Position numbers and translations under genes: made by a program. The notes under the pieces were generated by a model, which searched no databases, was not told the DNA's origin, and saw only the letters and a list, made by a program, of their open reading frames with translations. Below are positions 11,804-21,770 of a stretch of DNA of 64,000 nucleotides, one piece after another. Position 1 is the first letter of the stretch, and every line of letters starts with the position of its first letter. Origin of the DNA: Candidatus Latescibacterota bacterium (GTDB lineage: Bacteria > Latescibacterota > UBA2968); assembly GCA_965116885.1 (NCBI GenBank), contig OZ220741.1, positions 3,968,001 through 4,032,000 on the forward strand, read 5' to 3'.

Positions 11804-11844
11804 GGGGGTCGGTTCTTTACTTGAGAATCGGCCCTCGTTTTTTT
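11804..11844 (+). terminator. Intrinsic terminator between convergent genes
   Basis: GGGGGTCGGTTCT/AGAATCGGCCCTC stem then T7. Confidence 0.7.
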
Positions 11845-11851
11845 GGGGCCC

Positions 11852-13012
11852 TCAATACGTCTCAGATACGTCGAGCACGGTGCTGTCTTCCGCGCTTTTA
11901 GTTGTATTGGAGTTTTTGATCTTTTCCCGGAGTTTTTCATAGAAGAGATCGCTGTCAACCGGGATATCTACCCAATCGTCTGTCCAGGCAGATAAGAGCA
12001 TGGCATTGGCCAATTCGACGCCTTTGACTCCTTCGACCCCAGGCGCGAGGAGTGGACTGCCCGTGCGTATGGCGTCAACCCAGTTTTGCGTGATGCCGCG
12101 ATGGGCTTCGCCACCGCTGCCCGTGGGGATGTCGCATTTCCAGGATTCGGGGCTGCCAAAGCCGCCTTTGTATTCTTTGCAGAATTTGCTGACGGATTCG
12201 CGGGTGCGCCAGAAGGTGATATCTCCACCTTCCATGACGACTTTGCCGCGATCGCCAGTGATTTCGAGACGGTTGGTGCCGGGAGCTTCGCCTGTTGTGG
12301 TAATGAATACACCCGTTGCGCCATTTTCGTATTCCACATAGGCGGTGACTTCGTCATCGACTTCGATATCGTGGTATTTACCAAATCCGACAAATGCCCT
12401 GCATCGGATGGGCATACCGCAAATCCACTGCCACAGGTCGAGGTTGTGCGGGCACTGGTTCATTAAGACGCCGCCGCCTTCGCCTTCCCAGGTCGCGCGC
12501 CAACCACCTGAGTCGTAATAACTTTGCGAGCGGAACCAGGTGGTGATGATGTAATTCGTGCGCTGAATTTCGCCCAAATCACCCGATGCGACCAGGTCTT
12601 TGAGTTTTTGGTGTGCTCCAATGGTGCGCTGGTTGAACATGAGACCGAAAACGCGGTCGCTTTTTTCAGCTACAGCATTCATTTCTTCGACCTGTTTGGT
12701 ATAAACACCTGCGGGCTTTTCAATGAGCACATGCAATCCGCTGTTCATGGCTTGAATCGCCAGTGGCGGATGCAGGTAGTGCGGTGTGGCGACGATGACG
12801 GCATCGACAGTTCCAGAAGCCATCATATCATCGGCACTGTCGAATGTGCGGACGTTTTCGCCCAGGTTTTCACGCGCCCACTTGATGCGGTCGGGATCTA
12901 TGTCGCAGATGGCGGTGAGTTCGGCATTGGATACCTCACCCGGGTGCAAATAAAGACTATGTCCACTGCCCATGTTGCCAATGCCAATAATGCCGATGCG
13001 TACCTTATCCAT
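11852..13012 (-). CDS. Gfo/Idh/MocA oxidoreductase
   Basis: GIIGIGNMG, ATPHYLH, LIEKP, GGGVLMNQCPHNLD; RBS AAGGAG before ATG 13012. Confidence 0.92.
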   Translation of the reverse strand: MDKVRIGIIGIGNMGSGHSLYLHPGEVSNAELTAICDIDPDRIKWARENLGENVRTFDSADDMMASGTVDAVIVATPHYLHPPLAIQAMNSGLHVLIEKPAGVYTKQVEEMNAVAEKSDRVFGLMFNQRTIGAHQKLKDLVASGDLGEIQRTNYIITTWFRSQSYYDSGGWRATWEGEGGGVLMNQCPHNLDLWQWICGMPIRCRAFVGFGKYHDIEVDDEVTAYVEYENGATGVFITTTGEAPGTNRLEITGDRGKVVMEGGDITFWRTRESVSKFCKEYKGGFGSPESWKCDIPTGSGGEAHRGITQNWVDAIRTGSPLLAPGVEGVKGVELANAMLLSAWTDDWVDIPVDSDLFYEKLREKIKNSNTTKSAEDSTVLDVSETY

Positions 13013-13053
13013 AAAAATTCTCCTTATTTTTTTCAGGGTAGAGGGGTTATGCT

Positions 13054-13180
13054 GATCTTGTTTTGGGTGGATGTGGGAGCATCCTGAACATCCTTTCATC
13101 CTTACATCCCGATCCTGTTTTGGGTGGATGCGGGGGGGATCCTGAACATCCTTTCATCCTTACATCCTGATCCTGTTTTG
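13054..13180. repeat. 57-58 bp tandem duplication (about 2.2 copies) overlapping the 3' end of the racemase gene
   Basis: Copies at 13054-13110, 13111-13168 and partial 13169-13180, built on CATCCT sub-repeats. Confidence 0.9.
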
Positions 13181-14299
13181 TTCGATATAATCCCAGTTGA
13201 TGTTCATGCCCAATCCCGGACGCTGGGGAACGTGAACGAATCCTTTGTCATCCAGGGGTTCGCCGTGTTCGTGAAGCCAGGGTGCGTGTTCGTCGAAGTC
13301 GATGAAAGGGTGGAGGAGGCCGCGTTCGTAAAATTCGCCATTGGTCATGGCGCACAGGGCGTGCAGGTTGCCGGGACCGCCTCCGTGGATTTCGCAGCGC
13401 ATGCCAAAGGATTCGCACAGGTGTACGGTTTTCATCAGGGGGGTCAGGCCGCCCACATCGCCGACGCCGCAGCGGGAAATGTCGCAGGCACCGGCTTTGA
13501 TCCATTCGGCGCGGACATACATTTTGCCTTCGCATGTTTCGGGACCACATATTGGTAAGGATGTTTGCTCACAGAGCCAGACATAGGACGACATGCTGTG
13601 TTCGTCCATGGGTTCTTCCATCCAGTAATAGTCGAGTTTTTCAAGTCCTTTTGCCAGGGCGAGCGAGGCTTCGCGGTCGTAATAGTGATAGGGGTCGAGC
13701 ATGAGGGGCACATCGGGGCCGACGGCTTCGCGCACGGCTGCGCAGGCTTCGAGGTCGCGTTTGACACTGGGTGCGCCCTCGTAAGGTGGCTGCCAGGTGT
13801 GGAGTTTGAAGGCGGGGTAGCCGCGTTTCATACACCATTCGGCAAAGCGGGCATAGTCTTCGGGCGTGGCCAGACCGCCTTCGAGGTCGTCGCCGCACAT
13901 GGTAGAGGCATAGGCGGGCACTTTGTCGCGGTACCCGCCGAGCAATTTGTAAACGGGTTGATTGAGGGCGCGTCCGGCGAGGTCCCAGAGGGCGAGGTCA
14001 ACGGACATGATGACTTTGTCGGTTATCGTGTCTGAGTTGATGCGCTGGCGGTGGTTGAGGTCGTGCCAGATTTGTTCGCGCATAAAGGGATCTTTGCCAA
14101 TGAGTTCTGGTTTGACCATGCTGTTGATCACCCGTGCATTTGCGCCAAACCAGTACCCGCACACATCTTCGTCGGTTGAAATGATGAGCAGGGTCTGAAC
14201 GGCTTCGCGTTCGGGACCTGGATGTCCGTGTCCATCGCTGTCCTGTTCGGTGTTGGCGATATATTTGAATTGAATGGTTTCGACATCGGTGATTTTCAA
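13160..14299 (-). CDS. Mandelate racemase / muconate-lactonizing (enolase superfamily) enzyme
   Basis: VDLALWDL.G....PVYKLLGG, FKLH, LMLD, WMEEP, PGLG; TTG start with AGGAG RBS. Confidence 0.9.
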   Translation of the reverse strand: MKITDVETIQFKYIANTEQDSDGHGHPGPEREAVQTLLIISTDEDVCGYWFGANARVINSMVKPELIGKDPFMREQIWHDLNHRQRINSDTITDKVIMSVDLALWDLAGRALNQPVYKLLGGYRDKVPAYASTMCGDDLEGGLATPEDYARFAEWCMKRGYPAFKLHTWQPPYEGAPSVKRDLEACAAVREAVGPDVPLMLDPYHYYDREASLALAKGLEKLDYYWMEEPMDEHSMSSYVWLCEQTSLPICGPETCEGKMYVRAEWIKAGACDISRCGVGDVGGLTPLMKTVHLCESFGMRCEIHGGGPGNLHALCAMTNGEFYERGLLHPFIDFDEHAPWLHEHGEPLDDKGFVHVPQRPGLGMNINWDYIEQNRIRM

Positions 14300-14311
14300 G
14301 GAGAACTCCTT

Positions 14312-15763
14312 TCAATAAAGCGGTCTATAACGCAGGTCTCCGCCTTCTTCTTGTTGTTTTTTGTAATCGGCTTCGAGTGCTTCTCGCACCCAGTATTGTG
14401 GGGCAGAGACGTAGTTCGATTGGTGTTTCTGATTGTCAATCCAGTGTTCGAGCAAGCGGGATTTGAGGTCGTTTTCAACATGGGCGAATAGTGCGTCGCC
14501 CGCGTGGTTGACGAGTTCCTCGGGGTCGTTTTCGAGGTCGTATAGTTCGGCAGATCCGTCGGCGTAGTGCGCGTATTTGTAGCGTTCGGTTCGCACCATA
14601 GCGCGACCGCCGATTTCGCAAAATGCGGCATCTCGAATGGTCGCGGTGGGATCTTTGAATAATAGGCGAATGTCTTCTCCCTGGAGTGTGCTGGGCGGTT
14701 TGGCTTCGCAGGCATGGTAAAAGAGCGGTACGAGATCGATGATGCTGACAAGGCCTGGTGCGCGCTGATGGGCGGGGATATCGGGGCCGCGCATGATGAG
14801 GGGCACGCGAGACATGCAGTCGTAAAAGAAGCCTTTGAAGGGCAGACCGTAATCACCCAATGCGTCGCCGTGGTCGCTGGTGAAGATGATGAGGGTGTCG
14901 TCGAGTACGCCATGGGCTTCGAGCGCGGCGATGATTTTGCCAATGCCTTCGTCTATCAGGCTGATGTTGGCGTAGTAGTGCTCGCGCCATTTGTAGTAGT
15001 GTTCTGTCGTGGCTTTTGAATAGTCCAGGCGAAACATGGAGTTGGACAGGCTGCCGCTGCCGCGGTCTCTTTGTGCAGGTGGTTTATCGACAATCTCTTC
15101 TGGGTAACCGAGGGGTTCGGGTATGGGTGCATCGGCATACATACGGGCCATGTCTTCGGGGGGATCGTAGGGGTCGTGGGGGCCGGGAAAGCTGACCCAT
15201 GCGGCAAAGGGTTCGTTCCCATTTTGTTGTATCCATTCGGCTGCCTGGTCGCCGACAAAGCCATCGACGTGGAATTTTCGCTCTCTCGGTGTGATGGATG
15301 CGCCCAGATTTTCGTAATATCCCGGCAATGTGGTGGGGTGCGGTCGGTCGAGGCCGTGTGCAGCGAGAAATTGTACGTGGTGGTCGGGCAGGAAAATGTG
15401 CCGTTTGTCTTCGGCCATGATGCGTTCGTCAAAGCCCTGGTGCGAATCCCAGGGGTGAAAGTGCATTTTGCCAATGGCTGCGGTGCGCCTTCCGGTCTCG
15501 GATATGATGCGCGGCCAGGTTGGGACATGATCGGGTAGCCAGTTGCCATTGCCGAGCACGCCGGTCACGCTGGGGTACTGTCCGCTCATGATGGATGCGC
15601 GACAAGGTACGCATACAGGGGAGGGGACAATGCAGTGGTCAAATACCATGCCTTCAAGTGCAAGGCGGTCGAGGTTGGGAGTTTGCATAAAGTCGAGGCC
15701 GTAACAGGGGAGGCTGTCCCAGCGCTGTTGATCGGTGGTGATTAATAGGAGGTTGCGAGCCAT
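14312..15763 (-). CDS. Cys-type (formylglycine-dependent) sulfatase
   Basis: TTDQQR, CVPCRAS, GKMH, PHDPYDPP, TSDHGD, ELYDL.NDP.E. Confidence 0.93.
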   Translation of the reverse strand: MARNLLLITTDQQRWDSLPCYGLDFMQTPNLDRLALEGMVFDHCIVPSPVCVPCRASIMSGQYPSVTGVLGNGNWLPDHVPTWPRIISETGRRTAAIGKMHFHPWDSHQGFDERIMAEDKRHIFLPDHHVQFLAAHGLDRPHPTTLPGYYENLGASITPRERKFHVDGFVGDQAAEWIQQNGNEPFAAWVSFPGPHDPYDPPEDMARMYADAPIPEPLGYPEEIVDKPPAQRDRGSGSLSNSMFRLDYSKATTEHYYKWREHYYANISLIDEGIGKIIAALEAHGVLDDTLIIFTSDHGDALGDYGLPFKGFFYDCMSRVPLIMRGPDIPAHQRAPGLVSIIDLVPLFYHACEAKPPSTLQGEDIRLLFKDPTATIRDAAFCEIGGRAMVRTERYKYAHYADGSAELYDLENDPEELVNHAGDALFAHVENDLKSRLLEHWIDNQKHQSNYVSAPQYWVREALEADYKKQQEEGGDLRYRPLY

Positions 15764-16032
15764 GAGGTGCTCCGGAATGAGGGTGTTGTTCAGGTGGATC
15801 AAAAGGACGGGACAAGATAGGATGGGGAAAAAGGTATGGCAAAGTATTTCTGTTGGTCAAGTTGAGCAGAATTAAAAAAGAAAGCTTATTCTGTTCTGTA
15901 TCGCGCAAATCAGGCTCTTATTTTATTTTTCGTGCATTGTGCTGTTGCTTATATCGAGGTCTAACACTATCTTGTGGGGCGATTTGTTTGTCTCATTGAA
16001 TTGTGCATGGAGTTCTGGTCGGAAGGATTGCT

Positions 16033-17838
16033 ATGGATGTGTTACTGGATGATGTCAAATTGCCGTCGCATTTAGATCGTCTGACAGATACGGCTCTGGA
16101 TCTCAGGCGCGTTCAAGGGATGGTGCGCGTTGGTTCTGAGGTGTTATTTGTAATCTTGAGTGGCTCCTTGTTCAAGCTGACGACAGAGCGGGCTGTGCTC
16201 GAACCCGTGTTTGATTCTGTGACACGCTTATGGCCAGCCGATGAAAATTGTGCGCTGGTCGAATCTGAAGGTGCGCTATGGCGGGTTGATCTGGATGGTA
16301 CAAAGGGGCGCTTGCTCACTATTCCCAAAGGGACGATTTCCTATGATGTCAAATGGGGAATACGGGGCCTGGTTGTGGGTGCGCTTGTGGATCGCCGCGC
16401 GCCCGTAGATCCCAAAGCACCTTATTTTTACCCCGCGTCGAGAGAAAAGGTCACGCTGTGTCGATATGCTTCTATTGAGGGGTGGCACGACCTTGCCGAT
16501 GTGTCAGAAGGGTGTGGAAACCTGAGTATGTGCCGGTATGGTCGTCGAATCGCGTGGCGAGAATCCCTCAATGTGATTCCCGAAGAAGCGCAGCGGGGAG
16601 AGTTTTACGGCTTTGATTTAAATACAAATGAGGTACGGAAACTGACCGAGGGCGCGGGCAAAGCCGGTCGCGTGGTGATGGCTTCGGATGGCTCTGCGCT
16701 GCTTTACGAAGCCAATCACGAGGCGGTGTATCCCATTACAACGCATACGGATTTGTGGTGGTTGTCATGGGATGGCAGCGAACGGGTGAATCTCACAGAG
16801 GGCGGACGTTATATTGCGCGCTTTGGCTGGGGACATCGAGAAAAGACCGTCTGGGTGTCGTTTGTAGAGGGGTTGGAAATGCAGACGGAAGTACTGGCTC
16901 TGGACGGGACGCCAGAGGGAACATTTGGCGATTTGGACGCGGTATCAGATATTGTGTGGATGCCCGATAGTCTGGCTATTTTTGAAACCGAAGACGCGGA
17001 GCGATTTCCCGCAATTTGGACGGGAACGCGCCGTGTGCCTTTGCCTCAGCCAGCGAATTACGAGGATTTGCGCGTTTTAGAAATGGAATGGGAAGCTCCC
17101 GATGGCATGGAGATCGAAGGGGTGCTCTACGAAGCAGACGGCCTTAGAGGCTCTGCACCGTTGCTGGTTTCTGCACATGGCGGGCCTGCCGCGCCAGTGG
17201 AAAATGTGCGGAGTGAGGCGGTTCGGTATCGCCATTTGCTGCGGGCGGGCTACCGGGTTTTTCGTCCGGCATTTCGGGGTTCTCTGGGTTTTGGAGACGA
17301 TTTCGCACGGAGCAATATCGGATGCCAGGGGCGGGCTGATCTCGAGGATATTATTTCGGGTGTTGATTTTTTGATTGGAGAAGGGCTTGTATTAAAAAAC
17401 CGGGTGGGTATTTTTGGTGCGTCTTACGGGGGATATATGACTCTGCGGGCACTGTCTGTGACGGATCGATTCCATGCTGGTGTCGCGCTTTTCGGTTTTA
17501 TCGACAACAGGCGGATGACTTTGGAAACGGGTGATTTTACGTATGAGACTGAGTATTTGGAACCGCTGTCGTGGCCGATTACAGAGCGTACGCGCGGGGG
17601 CGATGTGTTTCCCAATTTGGGTGCAATTCGCACACCACTCCTGTTGTTGCACGGCGATCAGGATCCGATTTGTCCGCTGTCAGAATCCAAAGTCACCTGT
17701 CGCGCGCTGGAATCACTGGGGGTACCGGTGGGGTTGGTGGTGTATCCGGGTGAGGGCCATGGGTTTCGCAAAGAGAAAAACCGCCGCGATAGTGCGCGGC
17801 GAACGCTGGCATGGTTTTTGAATTATTTGTCTCCGTGA
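16033..17838 (+). CDS. S9 family peptidase (prolyl oligopeptidase/acylaminoacyl peptidase-like)
   Basis: HGGP, GASYGG nucleophile, LHGDQD, YPGEGHG; N-terminal propeller-like region. Confidence 0.88.
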   Translation: MDVLLDDVKLPSHLDRLTDTALDLRRVQGMVRVGSEVLFVILSGSLFKLTTERAVLEPVFDSVTRLWPADENCALVESEGALWRVDLDGTKGRLLTIPKGTISYDVKWGIRGLVVGALVDRRAPVDPKAPYFYPASREKVTLCRYASIEGWHDLADVSEGCGNLSMCRYGRRIAWRESLNVIPEEAQRGEFYGFDLNTNEVRKLTEGAGKAGRVVMASDGSALLYEANHEAVYPITTHTDLWWLSWDGSERVNLTEGGRYIARFGWGHREKTVWVSFVEGLEMQTEVLALDGTPEGTFGDLDAVSDIVWMPDSLAIFETEDAERFPAIWTGTRRVPLPQPANYEDLRVLEMEWEAPDGMEIEGVLYEADGLRGSAPLLVSAHGGPAAPVENVRSEAVRYRHLLRAGYRVFRPAFRGSLGFGDDFARSNIGCQGRADLEDIISGVDFLIGEGLVLKNRVGIFGASYGGYMTLRALSVTDRFHAGVALFGFIDNRRMTLETGDFTYETEYLEPLSWPITERTRGGDVFPNLGAIRTPLLLLHGDQDPICPLSESKVTCRALESLGVPVGLVVYPGEGHGFRKEKNRRDSARRTLAWFLNYLSP

Positions 17839-19031
17839 GGATAGTGATTGTAGTTCGCCATGTCATAAGGCTGGGTTGAGATTGCCCAACTGGTGCCGAG
17901 TTCTGAGAAGAGTTTGCCCGTGCGGAAACTGCGGTCTAACAGGTTGTCCAGGCCCCTGATGATGTGGAAAGTGGCGCCGTCGCGTTTGACGACTTCGATT
18001 TCACGGTGATCAACTGTGACGATATTGGGACAGCTTTCGTGAGCGCCATTGACGCATAGGGTTTGTGCGCGTGCGACTTCTGGCGGGCACAGGGGCGTGG
18101 CGTTGTTTTGCAGTACATCTATGGCGTTGTGAAACGGGCCGTGGTGATCGCGCAAGTCTTGCTCTTCAAAGGGTTCTGTGCTGCCGTCGTTGTAGCGAAT
18201 GATTGAACTCGGACGACTCCATTCCACTGTTCCATGTTCACATTGAAGTTGCATGAGGGGATTGAAATTTTCGCGTGTGGAATGGGATAAACCGATGAGG
18301 ACGTCAACGCCATTTGCTAAAATGCGGAGTACGGCTGTATCGAGTGTCTGGATATCGCGTGCGCGGTAGAGTTCTGCCTGTACGGTCTCGGGCATGGCCG
18401 ATTCATGATGGGTTGCGCCGCACAGGTACATGGCATTGTTGAGGTCGTGCGCCATGGCGTTGTTAATTGGGCTGTCGAGAACATAGGTGCCGTCGTCGAG
18501 TGTGAGCTGTCCGGCCCAGGTATTGCGGCTGTAATACAGGTTGTTGCGCGGCCATCCGCCTTTGATGCGAATCGCGTGTAACTTGCCCAGCCGACCATCC
18601 AATAAGCGGGCTTTGATGGTCTGGATACTGGGTGCGTAGATCGATTGATATCCGATGAGCGCGATTTTGCCCGTTTTGTTTTTTCTATTAATTAGATGGT
18701 TGGCGTCCTGTACCGTGGCTGATAGTGGTTTTTCACAGATGACATTGAATCCCGCTTCGAGTGCTGCGACGGAATAGGGGACGTGATAGTGAATGCCGAT
18801 GGGCAAGGTGACGTAATCTACGCCTCCTGAGCTGAGCAGGTCATCATAAGTGTCGTAAATGCGAACATTACGGGTTTTAAATTCGGCGAGTTTTTCGGGG
18901 TGATTTTCCGGGTCAATGACAACGGCGGCATCGAGGCGCGCGCGTCCTTTTCGTTCGAGTGCTTCGACAGAGCGTACGTGTGTTTGTCCAAAGCCGCCAA
19001 TACCAACAATGCCAAATTTTACGGGGTTCAT
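17823..19031 (-). CDS. Gfo/Idh/MocA oxidoreductase
   Basis: GIVGIGGFG, ICEKP; RBS AAGGAG before ATG 19031; 3' end overlaps the S9 gene by 16 nt. Confidence 0.88.
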   Translation of the reverse strand: MNPVKFGIVGIGGFGQTHVRSVEALERKGRARLDAAVVIDPENHPEKLAEFKTRNVRIYDTYDDLLSSGGVDYVTLPIGIHYHVPYSVAALEAGFNVICEKPLSATVQDANHLINRKNKTGKIALIGYQSIYAPSIQTIKARLLDGRLGKLHAIRIKGGWPRNNLYYSRNTWAGQLTLDDGTYVLDSPINNAMAHDLNNAMYLCGATHHESAMPETVQAELYRARDIQTLDTAVLRILANGVDVLIGLSHSTRENFNPLMQLQCEHGTVEWSRPSSIIRYNDGSTEPFEEQDLRDHHGPFHNAIDVLQNNATPLCPPEVARAQTLCVNGAHESCPNIVTVDHREIEVVKRDGATFHIIRGLDNLLDRSFRTGKLFSELGTSWAISTQPYDMANYNHYPHGDK

Positions 19032-19117
19032 GAATTGCTCCTTTGTGAGAGAATAATAAAGAAAACAAAAGCTATTGCACGAGCAACTGAAATTAGTGGC
19101 ACAAATCTCAGGGGGAC

Positions 19118-20095
19118 ATGATGAAGGACATTTTATCTGTCGGGCTGATTGGTGCAGGTTCGAATGCGGGGGGACATGCGCGCGGTATTGCGGCAAATGA
19201 GAATATCCGGCTGGCGGCGGTTATGGATATTGACCGCAGTCGGGCAGAGGCTCTTGCCAATGAGCACAACGCCCGGGCTTATGGGGTGTTGGACGATTTA
19301 TTGAATGATCCCGAAGTTGAGGCTGTGCATGTGTGTTCGATTCACAAAGTACACGCCGAGCAGGTGGTTGCCGCGGCGCGTGCTGGAAAACATGTGCTGG
19401 TTGAAAAGCCAATGGCACTGTCTGTAGCCGAATGTGATCGCATGATTGCTGCGTGTGAAGATGCCGGTGTGGTGCTGATGGTGGGACAGGTGATGCGGCA
19501 CTTTCCCGTGAATTTGAGGGTAAAGGCCCTGATTCAGGAGGGTGCAATTGGCGAGGTCGGGCACATGATCCGCAGGCGATACGGCAATTTTGATCCTCCC
19601 GACCGATCCTGGTATCTCGATTTGGAATTGGGTGGTGTTTGTGTTTTGTATTGTTTTGGTCCTCACGAATACGATATTTTACCCTGGTATATCGATTCCC
19701 CCGTGGTTAAGGTATATTCGCAGGGCAGTGAAAGCGCGGAGCGATACGCAGGGCAAAAGGATTCGTATTCGACGATTATGAATCACAAAGATGGCACGGT
19801 GAGTGTGCTGACGCAAACTGTAGTGACGCATACTGGCGCGCACGATACGTATATTATGGGTAGTGAGGGATCTATCTGGATGACCAATCAAAAATTGATG
19901 GTCAATGGCAAAGAAGTGCCCATAGATGTGACATCGCGGGTGGGGATGCCCAGTCAGATAGCCGAATTTGTAGATTGTTGTCTCAATGGAAAAGTGCCCG
20001 ATGCCAATGGGAGGTCTGTGCGGCACACGATGGCTGTGATTGAGGCGGCAAAGTTCAGTGCCGAGTGCGGTGAACCGGTGATGGTGGACGAATAG
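19118..20095 (+). CDS. Gfo/Idh/MocA oxidoreductase
   Basis: GLIGAG, HVLVEKPMA, GPHEYD. Confidence 0.9.
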   Translation: MMKDILSVGLIGAGSNAGGHARGIAANENIRLAAVMDIDRSRAEALANEHNARAYGVLDDLLNDPEVEAVHVCSIHKVHAEQVVAAARAGKHVLVEKPMALSVAECDRMIAACEDAGVVLMVGQVMRHFPVNLRVKALIQEGAIGEVGHMIRRRYGNFDPPDRSWYLDLELGGVCVLYCFGPHEYDILPWYIDSPVVKVYSQGSESAERYAGQKDSYSTIMNHKDGTVSVLTQTVVTHTGAHDTYIMGSEGSIWMTNQKLMVNGKEVPIDVTSRVGMPSQIAEFVDCCLNGKVPDANGRSVRHTMAVIEAAKFSAECGEPVMVDE

Positions 20096-20279
20096 ACGAG
20101 AAAAGCGCGAATAGACGAATAGACGAACCCCGCTCTACCACCCAACGGGCGGGCACAGGGGCACCGCCCCTACATTGATGAACTGTTCCGAACCAGTTGT
20201 ACCCCGTTCCGTAGATTCGTAGATGAACTGGCCTGAGAGGCGACCAGTTGTACACCGCTCCGCTGATTCGTAGATTCGT
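20088..20279. repeat. Composite intergenic repeat: ACGAATAG array, GTAG-type REP-like hairpin, about 45-50 bp direct repeat pair, inverted GATTCGTA array
   Basis: ACGAATAG units 20088-20127; minus strand GTAGGGGCGGTGCCCCTGTGCCCGCCC at 20147-20173; GATGAACTG..ACCAGTTGTAC.CCG.TCCG..GATTCGTA twice (20177-20221, 20222-20272). Confidence 0.8.
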
Positions 20280-20298
20280 TTTTTAATGGAGAGGATAT

Positions 20299-21759
20299 AT
20301 GAGCCAACCCAACGTGATTATTATTATGAGCGATCAGATGAAGGCAACGGCGAGCCATTTATACGGCAGTGCGTTTTGTCAGACGCCTTCTTTAGAGCGG
20401 ATGGCGAATGAGGGCGTGTTGTTCAAACACGCGGTTACGCCACATCCGCTGTGTGTACCGTGTCGGATTTCGTTTTGGACTTCTCAGTTTCCGCATTCGC
20501 ACGGTGGACGGCGAAATCAGACGCTGATGCCTGGCGATGCTACGCATGCGTTTAAGCTGTGGAAAGCCGCGGGGTATCGGTGTGGTCTGATTGGCAAGAA
20601 TCACTGTTTTGAGGAACAAAGCGATCTCGATTTGTTCGATGTGTGGTGTGAGATCGGACATGGCGGATTGCCCAGAGGTGCTGCGACAAAGGGGATGGAT
20701 TGGTTTCGATCCCGTGAGTCGATCAATGCCGCACATGTGGTGAGAAGGAATTTGCCGGATATTAGTCCGCAGTTTTCCTATGGGGTTAGCGATTTTCCGC
20801 TGGAGGATTATTCGACTGGGTTGGTGGCGGGGCAGACTGTGCGGTTTTTGGAGCAATTTGGCAATGAGCCGTTCGCGCTGTGGGTTTCCATTCCCGATCC
20901 CCATACGCCTTATGAATGTCCCGAGCGGTATGCGATTGCACCCGATGATGTGGTGATGCCGCCCTGGCGAGCGGATGAGTATAGCGATGGTACAGCGCCC
21001 GAACGCAACCGGGTCTTGCATGCGATGATTGGGGTAGAAGAGGATCCGATTGAACACGTAAAGGGCTGCGTGGGCGTGTATCACGGGATGGTGCGTTTTT
21101 TGGACGATGGCGTGGGGCAGATTTTGGATGCGCTGGATCGGCTCAATTTGCGCGAGAATACGGTTGTGGTTTTTTGTGCAGATCACGGTGATTTTTCGGG
21201 CGAACACGCGCAGATCGCCAAGGGTGGCGCGTTTTACGATTGTCTGACGCGCGTGCCGCTTATCGTGTCGTGGCCGGGGCAGATTCCGCAGGGTGTGGTG
21301 GATGAGAGTTGTGTCAATTTGATCGATATTGTGCCGACGATTTTGCAATTGCAGGGGCACGATGTGCCGCGTTCTATGCACGGGGAGGGGTTGCCCACGG
21401 TTACGGATACCGCACCGAGAGATGCGGCGTTTTCAGAATACGGCGCGGGTGGACCGGCATTTACAATGGCGGATTTGGAACAGTTTGAGAAGCCCTGGGG
21501 GCGGCGGGCTATTGCACAGTCTTTGCAATGGCGCGAGGCTGAAGGGCGCCGCAAGATGGTGCGTACAGCCAAATGGAAGTATGTGCATGATCCTATGGGG
21601 GATCTGGATGAATTGTACGATCTGGTGAACGATCCGTGGGAATTGTACAATGTGGTGGATAATGCCGATCACCGCGATGTCATCGCAGATTTGCAACTAA
21701 AATTGGCGGATTGGAGTATTCGCACAGAAGATGCGAGACCCGTTCCAATGCCGGAGTGA
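20299..21759 (+). CDS. Cys-type sulfatase
   Basis: MSDQ, CVPCR, GKNH, DPHTPY, ADHGD, ELYDLVNDPWE. Confidence 0.93.
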   Translation: MSQPNVIIIMSDQMKATASHLYGSAFCQTPSLERMANEGVLFKHAVTPHPLCVPCRISFWTSQFPHSHGGRRNQTLMPGDATHAFKLWKAAGYRCGLIGKNHCFEEQSDLDLFDVWCEIGHGGLPRGAATKGMDWFRSRESINAAHVVRRNLPDISPQFSYGVSDFPLEDYSTGLVAGQTVRFLEQFGNEPFALWVSIPDPHTPYECPERYAIAPDDVVMPPWRADEYSDGTAPERNRVLHAMIGVEEDPIEHVKGCVGVYHGMVRFLDDGVGQILDALDRLNLRENTVVVFCADHGDFSGEHAQIAKGGAFYDCLTRVPLIVSWPGQIPQGVVDESCVNLIDIVPTILQLQGHDVPRSMHGEGLPTVTDTAPRDAAFSEYGAGGPAFTMADLEQFEKPWGRRAIAQSLQWREAEGRRKMVRTAKWKYVHDPMGDLDELYDLVNDPWELYNVVDNADHRDVIADLQLKLADWSIRTEDARPVPMPE

Positions 21760-21770
21760 GGGATATAACT

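Noticed and set aside
13054..13180. Possible mini-CRISPR array
   Set aside because: Units are adjacent near-identical duplications with no unique spacers, they overlap a gene end, and no cas genes are present.
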